From: Raillietiella orientalis
Taxonomy: Eukaryota
Assembly (NCBI GenBank): GCA_036172245.1
Contig: JAYWIR010000021.1
Span: 1,674,001-1,738,000, forward strand
DNA: 64,000 bases
Direction of reading: 5' to 3'
The position numbers were made by a program, and so were the translations under genes. A model generated the notes under the pieces. The model saw only the letters and a program-made list of their open reading frames with translations. It was not told the origin of the DNA and did no database searches. This document shows positions 37,781 through 51,800 of this stretch, in pieces; position 1 is the stretch's first letter, and each line of letters begins with the position of its first letter.

Positions 37781-40700
37781 CAGACTCGGAGTAGGTGCCA
37801 CAAATTCCCTCAACCGGTACTAAACGCTGCTCTCTGCGGCCCTCTAATCAGTGAATTACGGAACCCATTCGTGCAAGTTGGCCACCCTCCATCATCTTCA
37901 TTCGGATTCCACCTTATCCCGGGAAGGGCCGCGCCTGCGGTCAGTCGATTCCGCAAGCGTTTTGCACTCCCGCAACGGAACGGGTCATCCTGTGCAGCCC
38001 CCCGGCACAACGGGCGTCGGCCCCTGCCACGCACACCGCGATGGTGGAGGAACCACCGATCACGAGCGTGAAGTTCCGTGAAGTACGACCGGTGCGTCGT
38101 ACGCCGATCAGCTTCACGCAGTCTGCGTGGGCTGCGGATCCTCCTGCACGCGCAGCGAACGCGGGGGTGCCCAAGGAAGTTCCTGCAAGGTTCACGACCT
38201 CGCCGATACCGATCCTCAACAGCCCGTTCTTCCAGGTCACCACTTCGACATCGGCGTCTACTTTCACCGCGGGGACGTCCTCTGGCGGCGCGGAACGACC
38301 GAAACTTCGCGCTCGGGTGGCGGCGCGCTGGCGGTCTGCGTGGCGCCCATCGCACTGCCGGCCGCTGTCATCGCCGAAGGTGCATCCGGCGGCACCTCTG
38401 AGCACGAAGCGCTCGCGATGGACAAACAGCCGTGTCTGCCAACCCTCCAGGGATACTTGACTATCGGCTCGTCCATTTGGACCGTCTGGTAGCCTCCTCC
38501 CGCTCTGCGCAGCAGCCTCGCTCGCATACCGATACGCTGCTCCGCCTCGACAGCAGGGCAGCAGGCGATCGAGTCGAGGTGCCGCCACCTACCCACGGGT
38601 GGAGCGCAACTCGCCCGCAACCTGCGAGAGGTAAGGGAAGGGACCGCGTTTCCTTCCCTATCCTCCTGAAAGCCGAAGGACTTCTTCGTTCTCTGGTGAT
38701 CCTTCGCGTCTTTGCTTTTCTTCCCTGCGCTCCCCCATGGCGGACCTCTCCCTGGCGACGTACCCGCATCGCGACCTTCTTCTGGGTCCACTGCGCTTTT
38801 TCCGGGCGTTGCGCGGAATCGGCAGGCGATCTCCCAGAGGCGCCATTTCGCTTGCGGCGGCCACCCAGCGACACGCTCTCGCCGATCACCCTGGTCTCTG
38901 GGATCGGAGGGACCTGCCGACAGTCGTCGTCGGGCTGTGGATCGCGGCGAAAGACGCGGACGACAGACAGGTCTGCTTCCGGCGAAAGATCGGATCGCAG
39001 ACGGCCAAGCGCGCACCCTGCGGCAACTCGAGCGCAGCGACGAACGCGCGACTCGGAGGTCGCCTGGCGAGCGCCCTGGGATCGGCCACTAGGCGCGGGA
39101 GCCGGATGCAGTGCGCGTGCGCGACAAAATTGGAGCCCGTTCAAGCCGGGGGCGCTGGGCGGAACCGGAGGGGAAAGCAATTTTTCCGCCGATCGGGAGC
39201 AGGAGGACAGGCGGATGGGGGGAAATCGCTGCGGTCCCTACACCGGGAGCCGCCCGGCGCCTTGCCATGCCATCTCCGTTCCGATCGCCTCATCCGGTGC
39301 CGATCGCGAGAGAGCAGGCCGGAGGGGTTCACTGCGGAACCTTTCCCTCGGGAGCGGCGCAGGCACGCTTTCTCGGCTGCCTGCTGGCGAGAGAGTCGGG
39401 AAGACAGGCGGTTGCGAGTTGTCCCGGTTTGAGGAAAGAAGCGTCGCCAGCGATGCCCCGCTGCGTCCGCGACCGCAGTGCTTCGCTGAACCCGATGCAC
39501 GGACCACTCCCGGAACTCCGCCTCCCTCGTGGGGAAAGGGGGGTCGCAGCCGCGAAACCGACCCGCAGGGCCGCCGCGCGAAACACTGGGGGCAGCAACC
39601 GCGGGGCGTCGCCAGTTTGGCTCGCGCGGCCTCGCGAAGGCCGACGAGGAGGCGGAGGAGTCGTCGGCAGGCGTCACTAGCCGCCTCTGCCGCGCGCGCT
39701 CGCTCGCCTCTCCGCGGAGAGAGGATCGCCCCATCGCGCCACCACCACTACCAGCCGCGCGGCAGCTTCTCCACCACCTTCGCGCAAGCAGCCGCTGCTC
39801 TCGCAACCGCTCCCAGCCACGCCGATCGCGCCACGCGGACGTGCGCGAGCGTCGTCTGGGAGCAGCCGGCGCACGGGCGGCGGACGCACCGTCGACGCCG
39901 ACTGCTCGGACACCTTCGACGGGACGAGGGGCAACTGCTTCTCTTTCCGCCACTGAATGCGACCGCCGAAGTCCAGCCAATGCGAGAAGCAGAAGATGCG
40001 GAGCTGCTCCTGCGGAGGTCCAACCGGCACACCCACCGGATGGACCTCGGGAGATCGCCAGCTTCCGGGTGCGAACGGGATTAGGGCGAGCAGGCGACCC
40101 GGTCGGCGCGCTGCCACGCAACCGGCCAACCCGTTGACCGCTGCAAACGCGATGGAAGGGAGCGACGATCGCGTCTTCCCGGACGGCCACCTGCGCGCTC
40201 AAGCGTGCGCGGGTCGGCCATGATGTCAAGGATGGAGCGACGGTGCCGGACCTGGACCGGGTCCAGCTGGAGGCGTTTCCGCGAAAGAAACGTCCCCCGT
40301 TCGACGTGCGTCGTCTCCCAGGTGACGACGCGACCTTCCCTGCGGAGCTCCTCCGCAACCCACTTCGAGCGGTCGGCGTGCAGGCGCTGGAGGGCTCGAA
40401 CCGGCCGACGCCATGGACGTGCATATCCCGCACCGGACCAACTTCTCGCCAGGAGTGACGCCGGGAAAGAGCGAGCGCCTCCATGAGGGCTCGGGGACAT
40501 GCGAGAAGGGCGGCCGCACGAGCGATGACGAGCCTGGCAGGTCGGGTAGGCCGGTCCCGGGGGCGACCGGAGCTCACGGGACGCGCGCGGGTTCTCCTTC
40601 TCTCTGCACGCGGACGCACCTCAGGAACGCGACCTGGCACCGCTCCTGCTTCCGGGAGTCGTCGTCCCCGCGGGCGAGGCGGTGGCTCGATGCCTCCTTG

Positions 40701-42422
40701 CCGCGCTGTTTGCGACGGAGGAGGTGGTCGTCTCGTCCACCGGGTGGCGCAGGCAGCAGTTCGTCTTGCCGGCTGAGATGAGGGACGCTTTGCGGGGTAG
40801 AGCTGACCCCGCTGGCGCAACGACCTTGCGCGAGGAGTCGGGATGAGGGGGAGCAGGACTAGCCACCTGTTCCCGTCTGCGGCGAGGTTGCGTCTCCCGC
40901 GTACACGAGCGCACCCGAGCCGCCCGGACGATCAGAGTCCGAGCGCCGTCGTCGCGGTTCGTCGCGTGTGGCGCCTGCAGAAGTGCACCGAAACGCGCAT
41001 CCGCTCAAACGGTCGTGCACACGCCGCCCTGTTCCCGCCCGGCACGTGGCTCCGACTTCCGGGGAGTGCGCCAGCACACTTCTGGATGGCCGGGAAACCG
41101 GTCGGAAGCCGGGATGCGCGGAGAGTTTCCCTATCGCGTCGACCGGGGAGCCGCGACTTCACCTCGTGGAGCGCATGGCATTCCCAGACGTGGAATACGT
41201 CGCTTCCGCTGGCCAGCGGCATTCGTGTCGGCGGCCGGCGCGTCGTCCGGTAGCGCGGGGCGTTTGCTGTGCCCACGGCAAAGCGGTCGAAAGGGAGCCA
41301 GGCGTCCTCTGCCACCGGGAGATCCCTGCTCTCGTCTCTTCTGGAGCGGTCTGCGCCTGGGCCCACTTCCGCGGGTCCAGTGGCGGAGGCGCGAGTCCGT
41401 CGCTCGCCCAGTGCAGCGGTCACCAGCCGACTGCTGCTGCCGCCCTTTCAGGTTAAGCGCGGAGCTGTCCGAGCAATCGGCGGGAGTGTCCGCTTGTCCC
41501 CCCGGGCTTCGTGCGTCCAGAACAGAAGTCTTTTCGGGACGGGCGGAGGAAGTGGAAGGACGGCTGACGCTCCGTCCCATAATTCAAGAAGTCGTTTCGT
41601 TCCGACATGTCGCAGGACCCCCCTTTCTCCCCCGCCATCCATGTGGGTTGTCGCACCGTCGCTGCTCGCGCGAAGGGTGAACTTTGCGACAGCAAGCGGA
41701 CTGCTTCGGTTCCGCGGCTACTTCCTGGGGCCGGAAAAATGGATCCCAGCGTTCCTAAGGAAACGAGATGCATCCCGTGCCTCGTCTCGCCTCCCACAAC
41801 GACCGACTCCGTGAAAAGTGCGTGTTCGTTCTTGATGACATCGATGAGGCGAGCGGAAGCTCCCGAGGGAGTGCCACTGCACTCCAACCGGAGATGCGGA
41901 AAATGTGGCCGCGACTTTCTTCAGCGATTCGTCTTCGCCATTCTGCACCGTGCTTGTAGAGGATGCGCTGCTTCCGGCTGTGCTGCACGAATGACAGCGA
42001 CGATGAAGAAAGATGCAGAATTTCGCCGAAGCTTCCGGAGAAAAGTTCAAGAACCCGACGGCTTCCGTCGACGACCGCCTTCTCTGGGAAGTCAGCGTAC
42101 CTTCCCGATGTGAATTCGGGTTAGCTGGGATGAGGGAGAGATGAGGTTGCTCCGAGGATCGACGTGAAATGGGTTCGAATCCGCCAATGAACTGTTGCCG
42201 CTCACGAGGTGTGCGCGCGGACCTCGGTGCAGGGTTGGATGCCGGAGATGGTTGGTTGATGCTGGTGGAATGGATGGTGGAGCGAAGGCTATGCGGATGT
42301 GGCTTGCTTAGCCCGGGGAACGCTGCCACCCTTGTCGGCATGTGAGCATCGCCTCAAGGCATGAAGAGAGAGCATCAAAGGGCTTCACAAGGAATGATGC
42401 AATTCCTTTCTGAAAGGTGAGA
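37781..42422 (+). repeat. Left arm of 4.6-kb inverted repeat; carries decayed large ORF family copy with Walker A/B-like motifs
   Basis: Begins cagactcggagtaggtgcc and ends tttctgaaaggtgaga. Reverse complement of 48802-53409 apart from scattered SNPs and small indels. Contains SLFGTGGGSGRT (~41530-41565) and KCVFVLDDIDE (~41815-41850). Confidence 0.95.
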
Positions 42423-44819
42423 TGGCAGATGATCACTTGTGGGTTCATTTGCTGTCGAAAAGAATGCCAAAGCGGTGGAAGATTTTGATCTTTTTGACGT
42501 CTCAGGAAAACAGGAAGAGTTTTTTGTTTGCTCATTTTGACGAATTGCGAGGTAATGAAATTCATGCTAAGGTTGCTCACTACTTTTTTGTGAAACTTTG
42601 TTGTGATCGCTTCCTTTGAAGCATTTGTTCCTGGGAGGAATTCCTAAAATATGCAGTTGGAAATGCGAACCTTTTATGTTTTTGTTTTGTTTTTTTCCTG
42701 CGTCTCCTTTCAATTAAGTTTCGGCTTTCATGTCTTCTCTTGCATGCTCCGTTCTCCGTTTGAACAAGGCAGCAGGACTGAGATAGTTTGGGACAGTCTG
42801 CTCATTGGTGTTGCTTAGGAATGCTGCTCATGAGCTTGCCGGACTTTTTCCATGAGGAAACACTTTGTTTCTCTTTGCACTGCGAGAATTTCAAAATCCT
42901 GGGACGAAGCGTCTCCGGCAGAAATCCAGGAATCGCAGAAAGCGTTTTCTAGAAGCTGCAGGAAACGGACATTGTCCGGCATTCGCGAACGCCCCCCTTT
43001 TCGAGAACGCACTCATTTCGGCTTGAGCAATGCTCGCCCTGCGATGTTCTGGGACCGCGTTTTTCGTGGATGAGCCGACAGCAGGAGTGCAGAATAATGT
43101 TCCTCGTGTGGTCTGTGTTAGGTCAGGAGGGTTCATTACGTGTCACCCACAGTTTAAAGCAGCGCTGTTTCATAGCAGCGGGGATGGGCAAGGGTTTCGT
43201 CGAGGGTTCGGCATTTCTAGGCGTCTGCATCCGGAACTGCCCCAGTTGGCACGTGGTCACTTCGGGAGATTCCGTTTTCCTCCGCTTCGATCGTTGCATC
43301 CGATACCACTGACAGGGACTCATGCATTCAATACGTACGGACCGCTACTGCGAGAACTCCACTTGACAAATCTAAATTTCAGCTGCACACTTAATTTTTG
43401 TTCAACCCATAGGAAACTGAATTTCGTCCAATCAGCTTCCGTTTGGCGCAATCCGTTTTATTCCACAATGCATTCAGGATCAGACCAGAATAGGATGTCC
43501 AGTAAATCGGGAAGTAATAATAATACATGTTGGTTTCCTAATCGCAAACTTGGGCCTAAATAGCTTATAAATGTAGTAGAGGAAGATGATGGCGCGATTG
43601 TCTTCATTTCCCGCAGTGACATGGAGAAAGGTGAACCTCTGTGATGCGCAAAGATTCATCTCGGTGTTTGGTGTCCGTTCCCTGTGCACCCGACGTGCGT
43701 CCCACTCGGTGACATCCTAAGCTACGAGATCTAGCTTATGTAATTTTATCGCGCTGGCCTGAATGGAATTCACGTTTTTCCAATGCCTTGGAAGGGGAAA
43801 CTGGGATGTGTCTGAAATTCGTATCCATGGAGGATTCGTAGATCTGTAGTCGCTTTGAAATCCCTCGGAATTTAGTGGCTAAAAATGCGCTGGGAAATGG
43901 CTGAAACAAGCATCATTAACGATTCGTGTTTATAAATGAATCAAATCACAGGAGGGGAGTATCGACCTACGCTGCATGAAATTCTTTCTTCCCTGAAGAT
44001 GTACGTCACGAGGCTGAATACTCGGGACGATGAACAGCCGACCAATTAGGTTTGAAAGATTGATCACTGCTTTGTTTACTCGAACATGTGTTCCTCTGCT
44101 GAAATCGCAAGCCCTTCGGCACCTCTGCGTTTGATTATGCAGCAATTTTGGCTGCATCACTCGGTTTTTCAGCTACTGATGCATCACAGACGGAGGCCCT
44201 GCCGCCATTCCCCAGCATCATTCATTTTCCAGCAGTTGCCGGGGAGAAACGACACAGCTTCCGAAATTCCAGAGCGAACCAACTGCCATCCCCCGAGGGA
44301 GGGTGGAAAGACTCGAGTCGAACTCTGATTAAAACGAGGTGATTCCAATGATTTTCCTCCTCAGCATTCGGTTGCGAAGATGCTGGCAGTACCCCATTCC
44401 CATCTGAAACTGTACAGGAAACGATGCACGTCTCGTTGTATTCGAAAAGAAGAAGAAGAAAGGCGCATTCCGGAGTTGAAAACGAGACGTGAGGCCCCCA
44501 CCCACATTTCCCTACCGTTGAAGGTTGAGCACTACCGCTTCCAGAAGGAGGCGACGAAGGTTGCCAACTGCTAGTAAGGATCACCAGGAGGATGACCTCA
44601 CGGTGATGGTGATGAACCAAACTTTACCGTCTTTCCGTGTTCGTCGTGAAGTCCTCACTGTGATTTCGCCCTCGAATTGATGCCTCTTGTTGTCTATTTG
44701 AAGTTCTTGGACACTCGTAGCGGAAGTACCACGCTGCTTGCTTCGTGCACTCAGGACGATGTTGTGCGCCCCGGCGTACCTGGGTGAAATGCCAGGTCAA
44801 TGTGGCTCGCTGAGTACTC

Positions 44820-45940
44820 AAGAGGCGTTCGCCCCCTTACGGGGACACTCTAAAAGATCTTTGACCACCGTCCACGTCATCCGAGGATGAGCGCAACCCT
44901 TCTTCGAATTATTGGGGGTGCCCTCCACGGGGGACCATCCTATGGGTCCAGGAGGGCTCCAGAGGAAGTAGTCTGTGTTCCTCTCACGCTTGGCATTAAT
45001 ACCCAAAGGGAACCTCCGCCCTGGTTGTCTCCAAAGGGAACTCCCAAAGGAAAATCTTCCGTATTTTCTCTGGAAAGACCCCCGCAGGTGGATCTGCTCC
45101 TTGTTTCCTCCTCCTCTGAAGGTAACTCCGAAGGGAGACTTCCCAAATTCCTTTGAGGGACTCCCCCTCGAAGGGAGCAGCGCACTTTTTGACACTCTGG
45201 CGAGCCAACGCGTCAGTGGAGAAGGCCCATCCTCGAGAGGATGGCCAGCTCCACTTTCACAACTGGAGGATTGACACCCAGTTGGGCCGGGCTGTTTATT
45301 TATTAAATATAAAACTTAGACGCCAGTGGCAAGGCGCTTGGTTCTTCCAGGTCATAAATGTAACCATGGGAACGAATCCAGGTCTGACGAGCAGCAGAGA
45401 GGGAACAGAGGGGGAAGGGAAACAACAAAAAAAACAAACAAAGAATTAGGAGGATTGGGGAAAGGGTTACCGGGCGCTGGAGGGCGTCCTCTGCATTTTT
45501 TGCAGGATGCCGGAATGTTTCTGTTTCAAGGCTCCCAGGTGGGACCATCTGGACGCCATCCTCAAGAGGACAGAAAAATGAATGGCTTCCCTGTCGTTCC
45601 GGCCTCCTCTATTGCTGCTCCATGTGGACACGATCACAACTGGATCCACAACCGGGAGGAGGGGGAGGGGGGGAGAGAACTCGAAAAGAATCGGCTCCTT
45701 GATTCCAGGAAGAACCCCAGAGGTTCGATCCCGGCCAGTCAACGGAGGCATCCGAGGGTTTCCGAATTCTACCAGTGCCACCTCACCCGAATAGAGGCCA
45801 TAGCTCCATCCTGCGGGGAGAACTCGAAACCCATAACGCACTTCTTTCTCGGAGGGTCGATCCTTCCCCCAGCAGGATTCGAACCCGCTACGCCTGGTGC
45901 CGAGCAGAGGGGCCACAGCCGCACGGCCGCCCACGCGGGC
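44820..45940 (-). mobile_element. tRNA-derived SINE copy interrupted by an L1/Tx1-like 3' fragment
   Basis: Head with ggattcgaacccgc at ~45875. The body resumes at 44820-45267 after the 45268-45633 insert. Confidence 0.65.
45268..45633 (-). mobile_element. L1/Tx1-like 3' fragment inserted in a SINE
   Basis: ASRWSHLG...SGILQKMQR, family UTR and aataaacagcccggcccaactgggtg end. Flanked by tcacaactgga at 45257-45267 and 45634-45644. Confidence 0.75.
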
Positions 45941-47728
45941 AAGTTGATGTGGTTGCAAGTCTTCTACTCGATTAGCAATGGTCAGAGGTTTCAGCCTCTC
46001 TCTTTGCGGATTTCTGGATCCAACCACCAAAAAGACGTACAATACAGGGAGGAACAACCCTTTTCTAGAAGTAAAGCTTATGCTGGCCAGAGTAGGGGGT
46101 CAGCGCATCCCTCAGTGCAGATGCATCTTTCAACCACATCACTGACTTCGTGCGATCTGAAGCGGATTTCGTTGCTATAGGAAGTGCGTTCAAGGGAGTC
46201 TTCACAACGCACCAGAGCTAAAGACTTCACACCGTCTCCAAGGCGGTCGTACGACAACCACTGGAACGCCGACCACTACCGAATGAAACTTCTCCAGTAC
46301 AATGCAGACTGTTTTCGCGAAAAATCCATGGCAACACCGAGAGGTGCCAACAATCCTGGGAACACTATCCGTTCTTGCCGAAAGCACGAGCAGCCGTCAG
46401 TTCCTCATTTTTTCGAAGGTCTCACAATAGCTCACGGTCCTCTCGTGGGAAACCAAAGATGCTCACGAGATCCAGCGGCCGGGTTCAACAGCAAGGATTC
46501 CGTTCGCCCCCTGCACCGCTCTCTGAATTTTCCTCTGCGTTTTCATCTTTCTTCCTCCAGGACCGAAGTGCCTGACATACAATTCGGATCGGTCTGATGG
46601 CTAACGATCCGGACTTTTCTTCCGGCTGACGCCCTCTTGCTCACGAGACCTCTTTGGTGACCAAACAAGACAATCCGTTTTTCCAGTAAGTGACCTTTAG
46701 TGACGATGCCTCCGCAGAGACCTGGATCTTCTAACCGACTGCTATGAGCAGGAACCAGGATGCTTTGCGGACAACGGAGTGAAGCGATGGACACCACAAG
46801 ACGAAGAGGTTACATTTGGTGTTCCCCTCCAGCTGATCGGGTTGCAATCTATCAAAGATCATTTGACACTCACCTGCCTTGAACTCAGTGGTTCAGTGGT
46901 CTCAAGTAACAACTTGTCCCTCCCACTGGCGATACTCCGGAAGGATTTGAATATGCGGGCCCATTAGAGAGGGACAGGGAGGGCGCAATCATCGGATGTC
47001 TTCGTCCTGTAGGTAGTGAAGCCTTGAGCAAAGCCGGCCTCCCGGTTTCTGACCTGCCGAGTGGTCCTTTTTCACTCGCTGCGGTGATTCGATGATTCGT
47101 ATCCGATCGAGATCACGGGGATCGTCGGAAACCTCCAGCTTCCATTTCAAGTATGTTGCACAGACGTTGGGATAGCCCGCATCCTCGCACATTCTTCCGG
47201 ATTGAGTTTCATGGGCAGGAAAGCTCCCAAGGCTTCAGCATCGATTCCGGTGCGTTTCCGAATCCCGATTTTAGTCAGGAATATTCGATAGCCCTTTCCC
47301 AGAAAGTATTATGCAATGATTTACTAAAGTACGGATTCTTATCCACGGTTGAAATTCTTGTTTGTGGTTCCATTTTGTTCCTGAGACGCCGGCGTCTGGA
47401 ATGAAGCATGAAGTAAGAGCAGGGTGTTGCGTTAAACCAAGCTACCTGCTCTGACTGCAACTTCCGTGCTGCTGGCAAAAGAACTGAATTTCATAGAGTG
47501 CATCGAAAGAGCGGGAGGCGGAACGGAAAACACATTTCATTTCGGAGCTCGTCCTGTACCAAACGAGAGTAATCTGATTAACTTTCCGTGATGCAAATCT
47601 CTAGCCTGATACTCCTTTCAGGAGCGACTGACTCCAAAATAACTGCGAGGCTGTCTCTACGGAAACGATTCACTTTGCTCTTGGCCGAAAGGCCGGAACA
47701 CTTCAAGCAGCTGGGAAGATGGCACTTA

Positions 47729-47777
47729 TTCGCGACATTATCTGTTCTTCAGTTCGCGATATTATCTGTTCTTCAAG
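47729..47777. repeat. 24-bp tandem duplication
   Basis: ttcgcgacattatctgttcttcag followed by ttcgcgatattatctgttcttcaa. Confidence 0.85.
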
Positions 47778-48801
47778 CAGGACACTGTCGTTCCTGGATT
47801 TCATTTACGGAGCACACTAACGCATGCTGCCCGCAGTTCGTGAACCATCCGGGGATACTGAGAAAAGTCTAAGAACCAAGATAATTCTCAAATCCGTTCA
47901 TCAATCGATTGCATCATGCTGGATGGACTTCGGAGCAACCAGATCTCCTTCAAGATTTCATCCATTCTCAGAGAGGCATTCGTCGAGATCCAGAAGCTGA
48001 TAAAACTGATTTAGCATCCCAGTAATCTTATTCAGATGCGTTGTTTCAACAAAAGCTTGAGTCTTCTCCTGACTTCCCGTGAAGGGCTGAAGAATAATAG
48101 TGATGAAGATCGCTAGTCTGAATGCTAATTTAATCATTTATGCTCAAGGCAATTACGTATTTATTAAGTCAAGTGCGACAACGCTAATCAGTACAAGAAG
48201 ACAGTTCTGAGGAATTTCAAAAAGCAAACGACTGTAAAATGATGATTAATCAAAATGGAACGGTAATGATTCTCCGCGTATGGCATCAATTTGCAAGAAA
48301 CTTAACCACAGCAGTTTGAAAAAATTCCAAAACAGACGACAAGAACACGCCAAGGAAATTGATAGCTCCAGCGAAGAAGAATGTCATACTGAGGCCATCG
48401 GTGCAACGTCGATCTTCCCGATTTCAGTTTTGCCAGCTGCACATTCCTTAGAAAAGATATTGGGGAAATGCAAATTAGGAACCGTAGCGAGAATTCCAAA
48501 CGTGGCAAAGCCCATCCATCCAAAAAATGCACTCAACCACAACTCCCGGCTCTGTGTGAAAACCTCCAGAGCACTTCATCCCTGCTTCCCACACATCGTC
48601 TTCCTCAGCTTCCATACCACTTTTTCCAACCCAGAAAGAACACACACTTTGAACACATCTAATAAAAACGCACACTTCGTGGCAAACCATCCTCCCTCCA
48701 TCAACCTTTTGCGAGAATCACCAGCAATCACCGGGCAGAAAATGTAGACTGAACAAGGAATACAAAAAACCTGGACCGAAAGAGCCCGTGTTCCTGGGAA
48801 G

Positions 48802-51800
48802 TCTCACCTTTCAGAAAGGAATTGCATCATTCCTTGTGAAGCCCTTTGATGCTCTTTCTTCATGCCTTGCGGCGATGCTCACATGCCGACAAGGGTGGCA
48901 GCGTTCCCCGGGCTAAGCAAGCCACATCCGTATAGCCTTTGCTCCACCATCCATTCCACCAGCATCAACCAACCATCTCCGGCATCCAACCCTACACCAA
49001 GGTCCGCGCGCACACCTCGTGAGCGGCAACAGTTCATTGGCGGATTCGAACCCATTTCACGTCGATCCTCGGAGCAACCTCATCTCTCCCTCATCCCAGC
49101 TAACCCGAATTCACATCGGGAAGGTACGCTGACTTCCCAGAGAAGGCGGTCGTCGACGGAAGCCGTCGGGTTCTTGAACTTTTCTCCGGAAGCTTCGGCG
49201 AAATTCTGCATCTTTCTTCATCGTCGCTGTCATTCGTGCAGCACAGCCGGAAGCAGCGCATCCTCTACAAGCACGGTGCAGAATGGCGAAGACGAATCGC
49301 TGAAGAAAGTCGCGGCCACATTTTCCGCATCTCCGGTTGGAGTGCAGTGGCACTCCCTCGGGAGCTTCCGCTCGCCTCATCGATGTCATCAAGAACGAAC
49401 ACGCACTTTTCAGGGAGTCGGTCGTTGTGGGAGGCGAGACGAGGCACGGGATGCATCTCGTTTCCTTAGGAACGCTGGGATCCATTTTTCCGGCCCCAGG
49501 AAGTAGCCGCGGAACCGAAGCAGTCCGCTTGCTGTCGCACCGTTCACCGTTCGAGCGAGCAGCGACGGTGCGACAACCCACATGGATGGCGGGGGAGAAA
49601 GGGGGGTCCTGCGACATGTCGGAACGAAACGACTTCTTGAATTATGGGACGGCGCGTCAGCCGTCCTTCCACTTCCGCCGCCCGTCCCGAAAAGACTTCT
49701 GTTCTGGACGCACGAAGCCCGGGGGGACAAGCGGACACTCCCGCCGATTGCTCGGACAGCTCCGCGCTTAACCTGAAAGGGCGGCAGCAGCAGTCGGCTG
49801 GTGACCGCTGCACTGGGCGAGCGACGGACTCGCGCCTCCGCCACTGGACCCGCGGAAGTGGGCCCAGGCGCAGACCGCTCCAGAAGAGACGAGAGCAGGG
49901 ATCTCCCGGTGGCGGAGGACGCCTGGCTCCTTTTCGACCGCTTTGCCGTGGGCACAGCAAACGGCCCGCGCTACCGGACGACGCTCCGGCCGCCGACACG
50001 AATGCCGCTGGCCAGCGGAAGCGAAGTGGAATACGTCTGGGAATGCCATGCGCTCCACGAGATGAAGTCGCGGCTCCCCGGTCGACGCGATAGGGAAACT
50101 CTCCGCGCATCCCGGCTTCCGACCGGTTTCCCGGCCATCCAGAAGTGTGTTGGCGCACCGTCGCTGTGTCGGAGCCACGTGCCGGGCGGAACAGGGCGGT
50201 GTGTGCACGACCGTTTGAGCGGATGCGCGTTTCGGTGCACTTCTGCAGGCGCCACACGCGACGAACCGCGACGACGGCGCTCGGACTCTGATCGTCCGGG
50301 CGGCTCGGGTGCGCTCGTGTACGCGGGAGACGCAACCTCGCCGCAGACGGGAACAGGTGGCTAGTCCTGCTCCCCCTCATCCCGACTCCTCGCGCAAGGT
50401 CGTTGCGCCAGCGGGGTCAGCTCTACCCCGCAAAGCGTCCCTCATCTCAGCCGGCAAGACGAACTGCTGCCTGCGCCACCCGGTGGACGAGACGACCACC
50501 TCCTCCGTCGCAAACAGCGCGGCAAGGAGGCATCGAGCCACCGCCTCGCCCGCGGGGACGACGACTCCCGGAAGCAGGAGCGGTGCCAGGTCGCGTTCCT
50601 GAGGTGCGTCCGCGTGCAGAGAGAAGGAGAACCCGCGCGCGTCCCGTGAGCTCCGGTCGCCCCCGGGACCGGCCTACCCGACCTGCCAGGCTCGTCATCG
50701 CTCGTGCGGCCGCCCTTCTCGCATGGCCCCGAGCCCTCATGGAGGCGCTCGCTCTTTCCCGGCGTCACTCCTGGCGAGAAGTTGGTCCGGTGCGGGATAT
50801 GCACGTCCATGGCGTCGGCCGGTTCGAGCCCTCCAGCGCCTGCACGCCGACCGCTCGAAGTGGGTTGCGGAGGAGCTCCGCAGGGAAGGTCGCGTCGTCA
50901 CCTGGGAGACGACGCACGTCGAACGGGGGACGTTTCTTTCGCGGAAACGCCTCCAGCTGGACCCGGTCCAGGTCCGGCACTGTCGCTCCATCCTTGACAT
51001 CATGGCCGACCCGCGCACGCTTGAGCGCGCAGGTGGCCGTCCGGGAAGACGCGATCGTCGCTCCCTTCCATCGCGTTTGCAGCGGTCAACGGGTTGGCCG
51101 GTTGCGTGGCAGCGCGCCGACCGGAAGCTGGCGATCTCCCGAGGTCCATCCGGTGGGTGTGCCGGTTGGACCTCCGCAGGAGCAGCTCCGCATCTTCTGC
51201 TTCTCGCATTGGCTGGACTTCGGCGGTCGCATTCAGTGGCGGAAAGAGAAGCAGTTGCCCCTCGTCCCGTCGAAGGTGTCCGAGCAGTCGGCGTCGACGG
51301 TGCGTCCGCCGCCCGTGCGCCGGCTGCTCCCAGACGACGCTCGCGCACGTCCGCGTGGCGCGATCGGCGTGGCTGGGAGCGGTTGCGAGAGCAGCGGCTG
51401 CTTGCGCGAAGGTGGTGGAGAAGCTGCCGCGCGGCTGGTAGTGGTGGTGGCGCGATGGGGCGATCCTCTCTCCGCGGAGAGGCGAGCGAGCGCGCGCGGC
51501 AGAGGCGGCTAGTGACGCCTGCCGACGACTCCTCCGCCTCCTCGTCGGCCTTCGCGAGGCCGCGCGAGCCAAACTGGCGACGCCCCGCGGTTGCTGCCCC
51601 CAGTGTTTCGCGCGGCGGCCCTGCGGGTCGGTTTCGCGGCTGCGACCCCCCTTTCCCCACGAGGGAGGCGGAGTTCCGGGAGTGGTCCGTGCATCGGGTT
51701 CAGCGAAGCACTGCGGTCGCGGACGCAGCGGGGCATCGCTGGCGACGCTTCTTTCCTCAAACCGGGACAACTCGCAACCGCCTGTCTTCCCGACTCTCTC

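Noticed and set aside
30333..41500. Long Arg/Ala/Pro-rich ORFs (452, 557, 550, 559 aa) and their mirrors at 50-53 kb
   Set aside because: Stop-codon scarcity in very GC-rich DNA. They overlap on all frames and have no coherent domain.
37781..42422. Degenerate 28S/18S rDNA as the origin of the IR arms
   Set aside because: Only isolated short matches in inconsistent orientation, unlike the colinear 18S blocks at 5.6-6.1 kb.
43030..43100. ABC-type Walker B (FFVDEPTAGV)
   Set aside because: No LSGGQ signature, Walker A or exon structure nearby; it lies in decayed repeat sequence.
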